The notes beneath the pieces were generated by a model, which was given only the letters and a program-made list of their open reading frames with translations, ran no database searches and was not told where the DNA came from. Both the position numbers and the translations under genes were made by a program. DNA of 63,204 bases, counting the filler, from Octopus bimaculoides (taxonomy: Eukaryota), in NCBI RefSeq assembly GCF_001194135.2. It is 9 parts of 8 records of this genome, joined end to end, with 100 filler letters (N's around TTAATTAATTAA, not from the genome) between each part and the next. Parts side by side here need not be neighbours in the genome. Positions count along the whole stretch, not along the records: positions 48,857 to 51,422 come from NC_069002.1; positions 51,523 to 56,141 come from NW_026436360.1; positions 56,242 to 59,347 come from NC_068984.1; positions 59,448 to 63,204 come from NC_068998.1; 5 more parts are not named here. One strand, written 5' to 3'. How positions within the stretch are numbered: position 1 is the stretch's first letter; each line of letters starts with the position of its first letter. This document shows, piece by piece, positions 50,018 to 63,204 of this stretch.

Positions 50018-53000
50018 NNNNNNNNNNNNNNNNNNNNNNNNNNNNNNNNNNNNNNNNNNNNNNNNNNNNNNNNNNNNNNNNNNNNNNNNNNNNNNNNNNN
50101 NNNNNNNNNNNNNNNNNNNNNNNNNNNNNNNNNNNNNNNNNNNNNNNNNNNNNNNNNNNNNNNNNNNNNNNNNNNNNNNNNNNNNNNNNNNNNNNNNNNN
50201 NNNNNNNNNNNNNNNNNNNNNNNNNNNNNNNNNNNNNNNNNNNNNNNNNNNNNNNNNNNNNNNNNNNNNNNNNNNNNNNNNNNNNNNNNNNNNNNNNNNN
50301 NNNNNNNNNNNNNNNNNNNNNNNNNNNNNNNNNNNNNNNNNNNNNNNNNNNNNNNNNNNNNNNNNNNNNNNNNNNNNNNNNNNNNNNNNNNNNNNNNNNN
50401 NNNNNNNNNNNNNNNNNNNNNNNNNNNNNNNNNNNNNNNNNNNNNNNNNNNNNNNNNNNNNNNNNNNNNNNNNNNNNNNNNNNNNNNNNNNNNNNNNNNN
50501 NNNNNNNNNNNNNNNNNNNNNNNNNNNNNNNNNNNNNNNNNNNNNNNNNNNNNNNNNNNNNNNNNNNNNNNNNNNNNNNNNNNNNNNNNNNNNNNNNNNN
50601 NNNNNNNNNNNNNNNNNNNNNNNNNNNNNNNNNNNNNNNNNNNNNNNNNNNNNNNNNNNNNNNNNNNNNNNNNNNNNNNNNNNNNNNNNNNNNNNNNNNN
50701 NNNNNNNNNNNNNNNNNNNNNNNNNNNNNNNNNNNNNNNNNNNNNNNNNNNNTTTGCTGATCCCTTAATTATGTTTATAAATGTATAAGAACTTTTAAAT
50801 AAGTTCTCCACTGATAATGGTGTTTACATACTGAAGGGCTTGGTAAAAATTATTAATTGTTGATTTATTAATAAATTAATAAATTGATAAACCTTTACCC
50901 TTTTAATTGTAATATATATGCACCAGCATGACCGCAGCCACTTGGCTGAAACACATAAATAAATAAAATATATATACACACACACACACACACATACACG
51001 TATATATGATGAGACCTTCCCACATCAAATGAAACTGAGTTGTAGAACCACTGTGTGTCCCACCCACACATAACAAGAAAACTTCTCACATTTCCTCCTC
51101 TAAACACTACGCCTACCTCTCACTCCCCAATCCTGTCCTCATGGCCCCGTTTCTCTGTATCATTGCTATCCTGCACCACCACCCCTGTATATCCAGGTTT
51201 TCACCACTCACTTCCCCTCCTCACTCTCATGATTCTTTGGCAATATCCTGCCACTTATGTTATGACCTTTGAACCTCAAGGGTATGCCCTGGCACTACCC
51301 ACCGTCTATATCTCTCTCTTCCTTTACTCAACCATCCCATTTATATTCTGATCCCTGTCCCTTGTGAGTATGCCTGGCACTTTGCCACCATCTCTATCCT
51401 GCTGTCTCCCACTCTCTCTCTCNNNNNNNNNNNNNNNNNNNNNNNNNNNNNNNNNNNNNNNNNNNNTTAATTAATTAANNNNNNNNNNNNNNNNNNNNNN
51501 NNNNNNNNNNNNNNNNNNNNNNTTGGTAACGAAATTGCGTTTGACTCTCTGGCCGATAACTGATGAGGGGTTGGTGACACTGTGTTTTCTGTTCGCCTGT
51601 GTACTTAGTATATGTTCGTTTGTGTATTTGATACACGCTTTTTAAATTATATATATATAGGTTTGTCATATTTTCCGTTTGTTGTCTTCTTTTCTATTTA
51701 ATCATATATATATCTATATATATGGGGTCACTCCGGTTTACCATTACCAACACGGTCACTACTACTACTACTACAGCCAATACACTAGACAGCCATTATG
51801 TACCCATACAAAAAATGCTCCCACGTGGACCATGTTGACACCAGTAAAAAACAATTATGAACTTTTCTTTTAATTACATTTTTTTTTTAATATGTATTTT
51901 TGATAAGGTTCGTTTTTTCAAGAACCGAAACATGTAAAATATCTTTGAGAAAATTATAAATTACAATTTATTTTATATAGTGGCGTTTTCAAACTTATTA
52001 TATANNNNNNNNNNNNNNNNNNNNNNNNNNNNNNNNNNNNNNNNNNNNNNNNNNNNNNNNNNNNNNNNNNNNNNNNNNNNNNNNNNNNNNNNNNNAATAG
52101 TGTCGATTTGAACACAGAATAAAAACCATAAAGCGTTTTTTTTCCGACTCTCTCACAATGTTTTCAGTCCACAACAACAACAACAGCATCAATTACAACT
52201 ACAACAGCAACCACAACAACTACAGACAGTCATAACCACATCAGTATTAGTCTTTGATAAAACTTCCAATAAACAAAACATAATTAGAATGAAGTGAAAC
52301 AATAATTATTTTCAGAACTTTCAAAAGATGAAAAACCGAAAAAAAAAAAAAGTTTGAACAACGCATAATAATGTAGTATGTGTATATGTCAGTGTATGTG
52401 TGTGTGTGTGTGTGTCTATATATATATGTGTGCATTCGTTGAAACAGTGTGAGTGTATATACATGTGTGTACATGTTGAAACTGTATGCTGAAAGTGTGT
52501 GTATGTGTGTGTATTTTGAAAGATATTGTATGTGCGCCTGTCTGTTTAAATATGGATACATGTGTGTGCATAGATGTATGAAAAAGTGCGTATGCGTATG
52601 TATGGGTGTGGATGTTTGTGTGTGTACATATGAGTGTGTGTATAATACTTGTGCTTGAGTATAGGTATGTATGTTTGAAAATTTGTGTGTCTGTGAGAAT
52701 GTGTGTGAATCTGTGCCTGACTGAATGTGTTTATGAAAACGTCTATGAATGTGTATACTTGTTGAGGACGAGTGTGTATAGGTGTACATATGTGTATGTA
52801 TGTGTGTGAATATTTGTGCATCATGTACGTGTGTGTTCCGAGGATGGCGCTGATCATTACACTGAACGCGAGGAGGTCAAATTTCGAATGATTTAAATTA
52901 TCGATTATCGAACGTTTAAAAGACAAAATACTCCGAACGTCGAAGTTTGAAATATTTGAGAGAGAGAGATAGAAAAATAATAAGAAAAACGGTCTTAAAA

Positions 53001-53905
53001 GGTATTTATTTACAAGTTTAAAAGCAAGTTTATTTGACAAACAAAATATTTACATTTTAAGTCAATAACAAAGATGAGCAAGATATGGTGAGCATATTTA
53101 CTTATAAAAAATGATAAAAGTGTATTGTAGGAATTCAATATCAAAGGCATAAGCAAAAATTGAAATAGTTCATTCATCGAATACTTCCGTTCTTTAAATT
53201 ATATCCTTATTGATTATTTTCTTTCGTTTGTTCTTTTTTTTTTTGTTTGATACAAACGTAAACATTTCCAGTGATTGAATGGGCGAATTTTGAATATTAG
53301 TGTTACGTTGCGAAAGAGTGAAGTCATTGAATGATAAGCAAAACCAAGAGCCTGCTTTATATCTCTCAGATTTCACACTTCTAATCGTTTGATATGTTGA
53401 CGTTTGTAATAAAAGGGGGAAAAAATACTCAATTATGAAAATAACGGGAAGGTTCAATATATAAGCTGTTTGAGTTTTCGTTTATGTTTCCAATATCATT
53501 TCCTTGCAGTATATTTTTATTAATTTGTAGGTAAATATTTTCAATATATCTCGCTTGTCTTTGTAATTTTGACGTAACAAAATGAAAAAACAAAATCTTA
53601 TATGTTGCACAAATAGCAGCGATAGAGTTATAATACTGAAACAGTGTCAAAGCAAAAGGTAAATATATGTTTCTCTCAAATAAACTTTTTCTAAATACAA
53701 ATGGAGACCGGAGTGATTGCAGCTATCAAAGGGCGATAATCGCTTTTTCAATATGAGGCGAGATTTCAAATTTGAATTCAAAATTAAGGAATTACGAGGA
53801 AAAAAGTTAATAGAAAAAGAAGTCGTATTTAATATTTTATTTATTTATTGCAAAGTTCTTGCAATTTGTAATCGTTGGAGTTGATGGTAGCTATTTGTTG
53901 TTGTT

Positions 53906-54085
53906 GGCACTCCGTCGCTAACGACGTCGAGGGTTCCAGTTGATCCGATCAACGGAACAGCCTGCACGTGAAATTAACGTGCAAGTGGCTGAGCACTCCA
54001 CAGACACGTGTACCCTTAACGTAATTCTCGGGTATATTCAGCGTGACACAGTGTGACAAGGCTGACCCTTTGAATTACAGGTACA
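53906..54085 (-). mobile_element. SINE 3' tail shared by families B and C2
   Basis: GGCACTCCGTCG...GATCAACGGAACAGCCTGC...GTGGCTGAGCACTCCACAGACACGTGTACCC...TACAGGTAC; the head is lost in the gap. Confidence 0.85.
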
Positions 54086-54667
54086 NNNNNNNNNNNNNNN
54101 NNNNNNNNNNNNNNNNNNNNNNNNNNNNNNNNNNNNNNNNNNNNNNNNNNNNNNNNNNNNNNNNNNNNNNNNNNNNNNNNNNNNNNNNNNNNNNNNNNNN
54201 NNNNNNNNNNNNNNNNNNNNNNNNNNNNNNNNNNNNNNNNNNNNNNNNNNNNNNNNNNNNNNNNNNNNNNNNNNNNNNNNNNNNNNNNNNNNNNNNNNNN
54301 NNNNNNNNNNNNNNNNNNNNNNNNNNNNNNNNNNNNNNNNNNNNNNNNNNNNNNNNNNNNNNNNNNNNNNNNNNNNNNNNNNNNNNNNNNNNNNNNNNNN
54401 NNNNNNNNNNNNNNNNNNNNNNNNNNNNNNNNNNNNNNNNNNNNNNNNNNNNNNNNNNNNNNNNNNNNNNNNNNNNNNNNNNNNNNNNNNNNNNNNNNNN
54501 NNNNNNNNNNNNNNNNNNNNNNNNNNNNNNNNNNNNNNNNNNNNNNNNNNNNNNNNNNNNNNNNNNNNNNNNNNNNNNNNNNNNNNNNNNNNNNNNNNNN
54601 NNNNNNNNNNNNNNNNNNNNNNNNNNNNNNNNNNNNNAGGCACACGATATTCAACACCAACTATTTT

Positions 54668-54710
<43 letters not shown>

Positions 54711-54824
54711 TCTTACACATGCATTTTAACAGATACATGTGTGTGTATATATGTGTGCCTGCGGATACTTCGTATGTTATACATGTATGAATGTAATTCT
54801 TTCTATTTTAGGGACAAGACGTTA

Positions 54825-54978
54825 AATTTTAGAAGGAATTGGTCAATTATATCAGCTTGCTAATTATTTTATCAATCACAAATGAATGAAAAGCGAAGTC
54901 AGCATTGGAGGAATTTGAACTCAGAACGTAAAGCCGCTAAGCATTTTGTCCTGCATGTTAACGATTCTGCCAGCTCCC
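54825..54978 (-). mobile_element. SINE family A, deleted copy
   Basis: GGAATTTGAACTCAGAACGTAAAG...GTTAACGATTCTGCCAGCTC is the reverse complement of the family A head. Confidence 0.75.
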
Positions 54979-55561
54979 AACAATTTTGTGTCATCATTAC
55001 CGTCATTATCCTCCTCCTCCTCCTCCTCATCATCATCATCATCAGTAGCACTGTCATTATCGAATCACCACTCACCATCACATCTCTACATCATCAATAA
55101 CTACAACAACAAAAACACGGCAGCCAATGAATAATCATTAAAATTACCATCAATATTTGTAAGCAATTAACAAGAACAGAAACCGCAGCAACACCACCAC
55201 CACCACCAACACTTTTTTCTAATTCGCACAATAACGCTAATTTCTAACTTGACAACTCATCATTTTGCGACAATCCCAGTCTCCGTGAACAAACTATAAA
55301 AATCTGGGACTGTTGATATTAGCCTCATCCTTTCAGATGACATACAGGGCAATATTTCCATTTAAGCTGGTTTCCATCAATTTCATTTCCGGTTGTTACC
55401 ACGTGTTCTTTTTTATTCTTGGTTGTTTGTTTTGCACCAAGTTGGAGATCAAACCGATTGGAATGTAGCTTAGCTGTTTTATATATATATATATATATAT
55501 ATTCATGTTTGTGTATCTATACATTTACATATAAATACATACATATATGCATATTTCTATG

Positions 55562-55656
<95 letters not shown>

Positions 55657-56692
55657 GAAACACAAAAAGGAACACAAACACCGACACTCTCACATGCACA
55701 CACATATACATACATACAAACGTACATACATAAACACATACACAGAGACACATATATAATGCCAAATGAAATGCTGGTGTATAATACTAATTCAAAGTGA
55801 CACTGGAAAATAAAATTAAGTTACGTATTGACACACAGACACTCCACCATACACACACATCTAGACATCTATATATGGAGATAGAGTATATATTTAGTCC
55901 AATATGCGGTCTGAACTTACTTTTAAGTGTCCCTTCATATTAGTTGCACTTATAGATCATAGTGTATATTATCGTATTTTTTATGTATTATATCTGATTC
56001 GTTTGGCTTTTATGGAGCCCTGCTATTAGTCGGTTAGCATAAAAAAAGGTTATTCTCAGAACAACTAAAGAACATTTAACCATATAATTACTCTGTCTCT
56101 GACGCTAACCCTCTTTTACTATATATATATATATATATATANNNNNNNNNNNNNNNNNNNNNNNNNNNNNNNNNNNNNNNNNNNNTTAATTAATTAANNN
56201 NNNNNNNNNNNNNNNNNNNNNNNNNNNNNNNNNNNNNNNNNTTTTAGTTATTACAATTGCTTTTTCCGTTTCCTATTTTTTACATCATTTACGTTCTAAA
56301 TTTGATATTTCCCATACAAATTCATTGAGCACGGTCGTAAACTGTTCCTTCCACGAAAATACGTTTTGAAATGTTTCTTTAACAGGAAATCTAACGTTGG
56401 TATAGTTCAGTTTAAATAACAAATCTAAACTGTTTACAAGAGGAGGTAACTTTTGGCACCTAAGCGTATATTAATGGCGGTACGTGACAGAGTGCAAAGC
56501 CATAAAGAGAAATATTGATGCATACACTATAAAAAAAAATGAGAGAGAGTGGGAGAGGGGATGAGAGAGAGAGAGAGAGAGAGAGAAAAGGAAGGGTATC
56601 GAAGAGGAAGTCAAAAATAAAAGCAGCATGAAGTAAATGAAAGGTCAATAAAAAGAGGAAATTGAATACAACAGATAAGAGATAGGGAAAAG

Positions 56693-56740
<48 letters not shown>

Positions 56741-57342
56741 TATTTGTGCATGTGCGCGTACGCTTCTGTGTTTTTTATGTATTTTGAGAAGTAACTGTTT
56801 ATAAATGCTATTATTAGAATTTAAAAAGATTTTTCATTTCGAATTCAGTATCAATACAGCACTTTGTGAAGTTTGCATACAAAAGAAGGTTGTATTAAGG
56901 ATGACAGTATATTCGTTCCGAACCATTTCGCTTAACCTTTTCCTATTTCTTTTTTTTGTTCCTTCTCTGACAGCCATATTTGGCGATTACTCCAGCGTAT
57001 ATATATATATATATATATGAGTAACGAAATCTAAACTTAAATTCGGGTAAATATATATAAGTTTATTTTTTTAAGTTATATATCACTTGATTCGTTTTAG
57101 CGAATTTCAATTATTTATACATGCCTATTTACATATATACAAAAGTACATACATGCATGCCCGCCTATGAACATGCACAAACACACACACACGCACACAC
57201 ACACACACGCACACACACAGACACACACATACAATTATATGCTAACATAATATAGGCGCCGGAGTTTTCCAAAAGATAAAATCGGACAGAACTTATGGGA
57301 TGACCTGATAACTGAAGACCGAAATGCAAAGAAATGAACAGG

Positions 57343-57524
57343 AAAAATATACCCTGGTTTTGTCGGAACTGCAGCAAATACAACATGTCTGTACTGTCTG
57401 GTTCAAAAGTATCGCATCTCCATACAATTTCTGAAATAGAAACAATATGCTGAACAAGGCACAAGAATTTGTGTCAAAATGCAGACATAAAAATAAACTT
57501 CGTTTAAGGTACTTTCAGCTATAA
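57343..57524 (+). mobile_element. PLE ORF extreme C-terminus relic (probably the same subfamily as 33081-33275)
   Basis: TCLYCLVQKYRI, then in a shifted frame NMLNKAQEFVSKCRHKNKLRL*, matching the CxLCLxEKxxI...LNKRxELVSKCRHxNK end of PLE ORFs. Confidence 0.72.
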
Positions 57525-57735
57525 ACAAGATTAAAACAGCAGGAGTAGTAAAATGGTGCTGTGCCATGTACCATTTTGGCACAATTAGAAGCTTTCGACA
57601 CAAAGTTCCCACGGGTCAGAATCCTGCAACCTAAATCAACTAAATATATTAAAAATAGCTTGCTGTGTTACATCAAAGGACGCGACCAGTTCTGAGAGAA
57701 CAAAAGGAAAATGAGTGCTGCTTCAGATTCGAATC

Positions 57736-58096
57736 GTGGCACTCCGTCGGTTACGACGACAAGGATTCCAGTTGATCCGAGCAATAGAACAGCCTGCTCG
57801 TTAAATTAACGTACAAGTGGCTGAGCACTCCACAGACACGTGTACCCCTTAAGTAGTTCTCGAGAAGATTCAGAGTGACACAGAGTGTGACAACGCTGGC
57901 CCTTTGAAATACAGGTGCAGCAGAAACAGGAAGAAAGAGTGAGAGAAAGTTGTACGGAAAGAGTACAGCAGGATTCGCCACTAATCCTTGCCGAAGTCCC
58001 GTGGAGCTTTAGGTGTTTTCGCTCACAACATCCGATCTGGGAATCGAAGCCTACGACTGCGAGTCTGCTGCCCTAACCACTGGGCCATTGTGCCAC
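57736..58096 (-). mobile_element. Near full-length tRNA-derived SINE family B
   Basis: The minus strand reads GTGGCACAATGGCCCAGTGGTTAGGG (A box) and GCTTCGATTCCC (B box). A non-CORE body follows, then the shared tail ending CGACGGAGTGCCAC. Confidence 0.85.
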
Positions 58097-59447
58097 TACT
58101 CATATTTGAATATATGTATGGTGCATTGCGTTCTTGCGCAAAACACCAGGTCTCTCTTTGCTTTGCGATCACTTCGTGAATTGACGCGTGGCAATGTACA
58201 GGCAATGTTGACTTGACTGAGTGAGTGAACTAATGCGCAGTACAAACATTTGATCATTATAGACAATTCCACTGTGCAGGTTGTCCAGCAAGAAATTGCG
58301 AAACTCTCCTCTGTCGTCTACGACAAGAGAGTCCACGGTGATGAACATACACACACATATGTGTGTATGTATGTGCGTATATATATATATATATATATAT
58401 ATATATNNNNNNNNNNNNNNNNNNNNNNNNNNNNNNNNNNNNNNNNNNNNNNNNNNNNNNNNNNNNNNNNNNNNNNNNNNNNNNNNNNNNNNNNNNNNNN
58501 NNNNNNNNNNNNNNNNNNNNNNNNNNNNNNNNNNNNNNNNNNNNNNNNNNNNNNNNNNNNNNNNNNNNNNNNNNNNNNNNNNNNNNNNNNNNNNNNNNNN
58601 NNNNNNNNNNNNNNNNNNNNNNNNNNNNNNNNNNNNNNNNNNNNNNNNNNNNNNNNNNNNNNNNNTATATGTATATATATACCATTTACTAGTTACTCTT
58701 TTAAGTACTTTATTGATTTTTAGAATAAGGTTTTTATGATATATTTATTTTCTAGACGGTATGAATTAAATTCTTCATAATTGAATTATCTAATAGTGGT
58801 TTTTCTCTAAATTATATATATATATATACCAGCATAAATGCCTGTGTGTATATATATATATTTCTATAAATATATTGATAGATAAATAAGAAGATTGGTA
58901 GACATCAAATTTCGACTTCGAAACATGAATAAACATGTATAACACCGCAACAAACATCGTGCGACCATAAGGAATCGCTTCAATTCCATCCATTTCTAGT
59001 ATTTCCACCATCATTACTATTGCCATGGCCATCCCTACTCATCATATCATTACAATCTCTATCTCAGCCACCACAGAACCACCAGACTACCACCACCATT
59101 ACCACCACCACAACAAAAATACGTACCAGTGTAATGATCAACACTATCACCATTACCCCGCCATCACCACGACCACCAAATTAATCTATTTTCCCGTAAA
59201 TGCCAAAAGATGGTAAATGTTTTCTCAAAATATAAATGTCACTCAATTTAGGTGAAGTTAGTGTGGAAGTACAAACGCGCACACACATATGTATGAATAT
59301 ATATACATATATATATATATATATGTATATACATACATACATACATANNNNNNNNNNNNNNNNNNNNNNNNNNNNNNNNNNNNNNNNNNNNTTAATTAAT
59401 TAANNNNNNNNNNNNNNNNNNNNNNNNNNNNNNNNNNNNNNNNNNNN

Positions 59448-59505
<58 letters not shown>

Positions 59506-59986
59506 CATGTATGTAACTGTTCGTTTTCACAGATTAATAATAGTCAAGGTTTAAGAGAATTAAAAAAAAATACAGTAACAGTTAATCAAACAAAGAAAAA
59601 AACACAACAATGAATACTACTGAGAAAAAACACACACACGCACATACACACACATACACACACCATAAACTAACAAAAGGAAGATTTCCTTTGTTTCGTT
59701 TTGGCCCAGTCCATATACAGGAATGAATAATCAGCTTCTTCTACTGTAACAAAAGGTAAAACTAAACATTGTATTTATTTATTAAATAGTAATAATAATA
59801 ATGATAATGATAATAATAATAATAGTAATAATAATAATAATGATAATATATTTTTATGTGGAAAGAAAAGAGGAATAAACGAAAGCAAAGCAACACTTCT
59901 AAAGGCAACAAGCCTTTGGGATGGGATGGTTTATGTAAATGTATATTTTATATATTTATATTACATGTATATATATATATATATAT

Positions 59987-60043
<57 letters not shown>

Positions 60044-60999
60044 CGTATGTGCGTGTATGTGTATGGGTTTATGTGCTTTTATATGTAAATACATATTTAT
60101 ATATNNNNNNNNNNNNNNNNNNNNNNNNNNNNNNNNNNNNNNNNNNNNNNNNNNNNNNNNNNNNNNNNNNNNNNNNNNNNNNNNNNNNNNNNNNNNNNNN
60201 NNNNNNNNNNNNNNNNNNNNNNNNNNNNNNNNNNNNNNNNNNNNNNNNNNNNNNNNNNNNNNNNNNNNNNNNNNNNNNNNNNNNNNNNNNNNNNNNNNNN
60301 NNNNNNNNNNNNNNNNNNNNNNNNNNNNNNNNNNNNNNNNNNNNNNNNNNNNNNNNNNNNNNNNNNNNNNNNNNNNNNNNNNNNNNNNNNNNNNNNNNNN
60401 NNNNNNNNNNNNNNNNNNNNNNNNNNNNNNNNNNNNNNNNNNNNNNNNNNNNNNNNNNNNNNNNNNNNNNNNNNNNNNNNNNNNCTGGAAAAAGAAAATA
60501 AATATAATAAAAAGACAGTTAAATATATTTATTTATGTTATCACACACACACACACACACACACACAGCCCTTCAATTCTTCTAAGCCCAGATATTTTGC
60601 GATATGCTTGAAGCGAGGAACCCATCGTATGATATATATATATATATATATATATATTTAAATTAAATTTAAATGTTGAAGTGAATCTGACGGCTTTTCA
60701 TTGGAAATAGAGAACAAAATTTATTAAATGACATATTTATGAAACACATTCAGCATGCTGACTTTCTGTGCAGCACAATATACACAGTGAAGAGCGTTGT
60801 GAATGAAATTGGGTTAACGAAAAAATAAAGAAGATCGTTTGGTGAACCCTCTGTAATTCATAGGTCTAATCAAGTCACATGCTGTAACATACTGAGTCTC
60901 TCTCAGTATCATAATACGAGTTACACCTGTCTACGGAATACTCACGAACTTACACTAAAGTAAAAGATATAATTTCATCTTTTATTCAAAGGAGGGCCA

Positions 61000-61379
61000 C
61001 CGTTGTCTTATGTTCTGCTGGTTGAGTGTCTCCCAGAACGTTCGTCAATATCGACATTTTTTTCGGCCATCTTGGAAACATCTGAACCACTCGTACACTT
61101 CTGTGCGGCTCATACACTCCTCTCCATACACTTTCTGCAACGTTGCGTAGGCCTCTGAGCAGGTGTCACCATGACAACTTTGTCATGGTCAATGCGACGA
61201 TCACACGCTACACACCTTCCTTCCAAGCACTGCTGTAAACAACGGAAGTGTGCTAGACGCTAAAATTTAGTGCGTATGCATAGAAGAGTTCAAGGTCAAT
61301 CTTTGTCAAGTGGCTTCATACTGCGTGCTTTAGATTCGTTACTATGGTGACAGTGCTGATACTTATTGATCAGACCTCG
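61000..61379 (-). mobile_element. mariner transposon 5' TIR and N-terminal HTH relic
   Basis: TA|CGAGGTCTGATCAATAAGTATC TIR ends at 61379. The minus strand reads GDTCSEAYATLQKVYGEECMSRTEVYEWFRCFQDGR, then in a shifted frame VDIDERSGRHSTSRT. Confidence 0.88.
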
Positions 61380-61461
61380 TATGAATAAATATGTATTTAT
61401 ATATGCATATATTATACATGTGTATGTGTGTGTGCGTGCTATACATGATCTGTCTGTCTTG

Positions 61462-61563
<102 letters not shown>

Positions 61564-62218
61564 NNNNNNNNNNNNNNNNNNNNNNNNNNNNNNNNNNNNN
61601 NNNNNNNNNNNNNNNNNNNNNNNNNNNNNNNNNNNNNNNNNNNNNNNNNNNNNNNNNNNNNNNNNNNNNNNNNNNNNNNNNNNNNNNNNNNNNNNNNNNN
61701 NNNNNNNNNNNNNNNNNNNNNNNNNNNNNNNNNNNNNNNNNNNNNNNNNNNNNNNNNNNNNNNNNNNNNNNNNNNNNNNNNNNNNNNNNNNNNNNNNNNN
61801 NNNNNNNNNNNNNNNNNNNNNNNNNNNNNNNNNNNNNNNNNNNNNNNNNNNNNNNNNNNNNNNNNNNNNNNNNNNNNNNNNNNNNNNNNNNNNNNNNNNN
61901 NNNNNNNNNNNNNNNNNNNNNNNNNNNNNNNNNNNNNNNNNNNNNNNNNNNNNNNNNNNNNNNNNNNNNNNNNNNNNNNNNNNNNNNNNNNNNNNNNNNN
62001 NNNNNNNNNNNNNNNNNNNNNNNNNNNNNNNNNNNNNNNNNNNNNNNNNNNNNNNNNNNNNNNNNNNNNNNNNNNNNNNNNNNNNNNNNNNNNNNNNNNN
62101 NNNNNNNNNNNNNNNNNNNNNNNNNNNNNNNNNNNNNNNNNNNNNNNNNNNNNNNNNNNNNNNNNNNNNNNNNNNNNNNNNNNNNNNNNNNNNNNNNNNN
62201 NNNNNNNNNNNNNNNNNN

Positions 62219-62525
62219 AAATTCGACCTCGGCAGAATTTGAACTCAGAACGTAAAGACGAACGAAATGCCACCAAGCAACTTGCCCGGTGTGCCACCGG
62301 TAGAATGTAATATTGATTTCAAATTTTGGCACAAGGCCAGCAATTTCAAGGAAGGGAGCTATGTCGATTGTATCGACCCTAGTGCTTAACTGTTACTTAT
62401 TTTATCGACTCCAAAATGACGAAAGGGAAAGTCGACCTCGGCGGAATTTGAACTCAGAACGTAGCGACGGGCGAAATACCGCTAAGCATTTCGTCCAGCG
62501 TGTTAACGATTCCGCCATTCGCCGC
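62219..62525 (-). mobile_element. Two SINE family A copies
   Basis: TCGACCTCGGC(A/G)GAATTTGAACTCAGAACGTA occurs at ~62224 and ~62432. The second copy has the full tail TTTCAAATTTTGGCACAAGGCCAGCAATTT. Confidence 0.85.
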
Positions 62526-62595
62526 CTTTACAAGACTACATATCATGCAAGTCACTCAAGAAATGTTTACGGTACTAAATATGTAAGTTTTGTCT

Positions 62596-62900
62596 CATTC
62601 TCCTTACTCTCCTGAGCAGGTTCCATTTGACTATCATCTTTTCAGATCATTGGAACTTTATTCAGAAAGAAAGCCGTTTATTAACTAAGAAGAGATCATA
62701 AATGATATTAAGTGATTTTTTGCTTCGAAATTTGGAAAGCTTTTCGAATGCGGGCTCAACAATTTGTCCAAATAGATGGGATTATGTTATCAATAATAAA
62801 GGAAAATAGATTGGCTACATACATCAATAAAGAGCTAAGAAGCAATTGTTTCTTTCCCCATCTTGAAATGCGACGGGAAATTTTTTTGCAGAGTTGAGAA
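62596..62900 (+). mobile_element. mariner (DD34D) transposase C-terminal relic
   Basis: HSPYSPEQVPFDYHLFRSLEL...F..*EEIINDIK*FFASK...GLNNLSK, then in a shifted frame WDYVINNKGK, matching PYSPDLAPSDYHLFRSL...FFASK...RW. Confidence 0.8.
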
Positions 62901-63204
62901 ATGTTGCTTATGTACACACATACACACATACACACACACGCACGCACGCACGAACACTCTTACACACGCAAACATATACTACATATGCTACGCACACATA
63001 CTACATATATCATACACGCACACATATACTACATAAATGCACACACACATGCACGCGCAAGCATACACACACACACACACACACCGATATATACACACAC
63101 ATACACTCACATACACGCACACACAGCACACATGCATGCGCAAACACACACACACGCACATACACACACGCACATACACACACGCACACACCTCACAGAT
63201 ACAT

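Overview
This is animal genomic DNA, AT-rich and dense in microsatellites, with about 29 N-gaps totalling roughly 8 kb (~12%). The repeat families and the compound (TA)n/(CA)n/(TACA)n/(TAGA)n/(AAT)n tracts look like a coleoid cephalopod, most likely an Octopus short-read scaffold; this is inferred from pattern recognition, not a database search. No complete host gene is visible, and almost every ORF in the supplied track is a translation of microsatellites or N-gaps. The one well-supported host coding feature is missing from that track: a + strand 3'-terminal exon (27887-28033) encoding a single intact C2H2 zinc finger and a stop. Most of the rest is recognisable transposon debris. It includes several tRNA-derived SINE families (two with a CORE-like block, one forming a head-to-tail cluster at 9.2-11.3 kb), Tc1, mariner and DD41D relics, and hAT, piggyBac and TTAA-flanked MITEs. 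There are also six Penelope-like (GIY-YIG/RT) fragments from several subfamilies, one followed by a hammerhead-ribozyme-like core, a CR1-type LINE 3' end, an ~825-bp foldback element and a ~140-nt palindrome. I cannot demonstrate a new biological system from this sequence alone. The best leads are the orphan zinc-finger exon, the foldback/palindrome pair, the Penelope-hammerhead association and the module-swapping SINEs. Repeat boundaries were read by eye and are approximate (about +/-10-20 bp) unless TIR or TSD coordinates are given.
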